From the human T2T-CHM13v2.0 reference genome, Homo sapiens: 64,000 bases of DNA. The translations under genes were made by a program, and so were the position numbers. Within the stretch, counting starts at the first letter, position 1. Every line of letters starts with the position of its first letter. Below, piece by piece: positions 60,250 to 64,000 of the stretch. The stretch lies in the NCBI RefSeq assembly GCF_009914755.1, contig NC_060947.1; one strand, 5' to 3'. The notes beneath the pieces are model-generated. The model did not search any database, was not told where the DNA came from, and saw only the letters and a list, made by a program, of their open reading frames with translations.

Positions 60250-61760
60250 GTAACTTCTTGTAGACTTCAATTTTTGCCATCATCTTCCCTCCCCCAGTAT
60301 CTTTCTCCTCCACCCTTCCAATATAGTTATATTATAATTTTGGTTAGATTAATATTTAGTGTTTATATTATTATTGTTATAGCCATGTAAGACATATAGT
60401 AAATTACTTTTTTTTTTTACTTGCACAGGTTTTTGTTTGCCTTGGAGTGAATAATCAACTTGTTTCTTTTCAAAGTACTTGCCCTTGATTCAACCACAGA
60501 CGTCTTCAATTTTCCAGAGTTCCTCTTATGAAATTCTCACACCTCAGGTGTTCTGTCAGTTTCAGCTTTTTGAAGCAATAGAAACTGATTGTCTTCAATG
60601 CCTGGTACATAGTTTTCATCATGGGATCTCTCTACACTGTCATCCAAGGATTCCCTTCCTCTTTTTCCCATGTTGGATTTCTTTTATTACTGTATCCTGT
60701 GTCTTTCTCTTTCTTTGTTTACTTTCTTGTTTTGGTGAAGCACATCCTTCAGCAGCTTCCTTAGAAAGGGTGCATGGAGCTCAATTTGAGACCCTGAATG
60801 TCTAAAAATGTATTTAATTATATCATCATGCAGGCTGCTAGTCTTGGATATACAATCATCAGTTGGAAATAAGTTTTCTTTAGAATTTTGATGGAATTGT
60901 GCCAATGGATTCTAGCTTCTAATGATATATGAAGAAGTCTAAAACCATTTGGACATCTGATCCTTTGTATATGACTTGCTCTCTTCTCCTATGCCCTGCT
61001 GAAAACTTGTAAATTATTTTGACTCTAGTACTTTGAAATATCATGATATACCTTGTCATGAGTCTGTTTTCTTCCATTGTCCTGGATATTCAGTGAGTCC
61101 TTTAAATTTAGAAATTCATATTCTTCATTTCTGGGAAATTTTATTGAACCATTTAATTGATTATTTTTCCTGCTGTTTTCTCTGTTTCTCTTTGTGGATC
61201 TTTTATTTGGCTACTACCCTATTTTCTGGAAGATTTCCTCAGATTATTTTTGACCTTTCTATTCTCTTTCTGCTATCTTTTAATTTCCAAGTATTCTTTT
61301 TGTTTTGTTTTGTTTTCTGAATGTTCTTTGTAAATAGCATCCCATTATTTCATCTTAGCAAATAGCATTTCTTATGTCTTACTGAGACTTTCTCTGGTGA
61401 CTCTAGTTAAAATTTCATCTGTCACTCTCTACCCCATTGTCTCTTTTCTCAGTAGAATATGAGCTTCATAAGGGTATAGCTTTTTTTTTCCCTGTTTTTC
61501 CCATGGATATTTTCCCAATACCTTGAACAATACCTCCCACATAGTTAGTGTTTAAATGTTTCTGGAATAAACTTAATGATCATTCTGATGATATTAATAA
61601 TATATATTTTAACGTTTTCTCCTAGTAAAGGTCTAGTCTGTTTCTTTGAGGTCATTTCTTCCTGTTTTTATTGATCCCTACCTTAGGTTAGAACATTTTC
61701 TGCAGATATCTGGTAATACTTAGTCATCCACTTATATTTAATAATGAAGGATAAAAAGTT
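60250..61760 (-). mobile_element. Ancient L1-like (HAL1/L1M ORF1 region) remnant
   Basis: T-rich strand with motifs such as gttggaaataagttttctttagaattttga and ttctagcttctaatg; highly decayed. Confidence 0.45.
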
Positions 61761-63004
61761 GCTTGGAATATATGAGCAAATTGATGGAAGTTGCCAGCTA
61801 TTGGCTTCATGGTAGAATGGTCTGGCCAGGCCATCCTGTTGGAGATCCCTTGATATCAACTCTTTAGATGTCTCTTCCTGGCTGATCTGATTCTCTGGAA
61901 CACATTCTCCTAATCTCTAGAAGGAAGCAGCAGTCTGGGAGCAGAAGGGAAGAAGGCTGGAAGAATCTCAGCATCCAAAGTGCATATTTTTACTGAATCT
62001 GTCTGTTTTCAGCATGGCCCTCATGCCTTCATCTGGGCCTGGTGCCTTCCCTGAAAAGAAAACTATATCTAGCATTTTGCTGGAGTGAGAAACATGCTGA
62101 AACTGTGCAGAATGTGGGAGAAAAAACTGCTCCTAAACTGCTTCAATCAGTCTTTTTTTTTTTTTTAATGAGGATGGAACATAATCCTATAGATTTTAAG
62201 ATAGTTTAAAGAACTATTTGTTGATCACTTACTGTATTTTGAGTTATCAGGTGAGACAGATATAAGGCATAGCTACTACAGCAGAGGGGACTGTAAGAGT
62301 AGGGCCCCTGAAGCCAAAAACAGCATGAAGAATAGCTAGAACCAGATCCTGAAGGGTCTTGTCAAAGTATGCCCTTTTCCTGAAGGGTAGGAAATAAATC
62401 CACTATTAGTTCATTGCTTTAGGTTTTTATTGCTTTCCTCATTTTACCCCTACATTCAGAGGTGTTTGATGCCACCAATTCCTGAGAACTGGGGGGCTTC
62501 TGTGGTACAAATTGGTTACTCCCTGCTTTCTCAGATCTGTCTAGTCAGCTATTAGTTGCTCATCTGTTTTCCCAGTTCCAAATTTAAACAAGAGCATTTA
62601 AACAGTTCTCTTCATTTTTGTGTTAATGAGTTAAGAGTGAGATTAGTTACATGTATTTGAACTGCTGTCTATACTCAAAAGTCTTTGGATAGGACATTTA
62701 ATAAAACGTTGGGTCATACACAAGAAACAAGGAATTTTACACAGTATCAAGCCAAGATTTTAGTTTAAAGTGGTCCCAGGTTGATAGTACCCTCAGATTT
62801 CTGGCAGAAGCGATAGAGGGAAGAGGAATTCACTTTCCACATGCCTCAAAGTTTTCCTGTCGGTAAAGTTCCAAGGAATTTGAGTTTAGAGTCACAGGTT
62901 GCTAAGCACACTAGGAAATGAAGCACAATGAGCAAGAACAAACAGGAAATACAAAGCCCTCAGATACTGAAATTATATAAATATGTTGAAAGAAAAGAGG
63001 AAGA

Positions 63005-64000
<996 letters not shown>

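Overview
Human genomic DNA lying entirely inside REPS2 (POB1, the RALBP1-associated Eps15-homology protein; X-linked from recall), transcribed on the + strand. Eight consecutive internal coding exons (13908-44017, labelled A-H here) join through GT-AG introns with matching phases. They encode the second EH domain, a linker and the proline-rich PPTPPPRP region; the start and end of the gene lie outside the window. The rest is intron rich in repeats: about 19 Alus, old antisense L1M pieces, L2/MIR, Tigger3, Tigger4a, a hAT MITE, a THE1 solo LTR and microsatellites. I see no evidence for a new multi-gene system, and the ORF-track entries I examined outside the exons look like repeat-derived or chance ORFs. 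The most interesting object is a human-specific pre-Ta L1HS inserted about 70 bp after the EH-domain exon C. Its 5' inversion places a strong splice acceptor in phase with REPS2 ahead of the L1 ORF2 C-terminus, stop codon and poly(A) signal, forming a candidate natural gene-trap last exon. Also notable are a near-consensus AluYa5, a hairpin minisatellite built from an Alu target site, a perfect 20-bp-arm palindrome, and several AG|GT recursive-splice-like sites. Repeat subfamily names come from recalled consensus sequences, and boundaries of old repeats are approximate.
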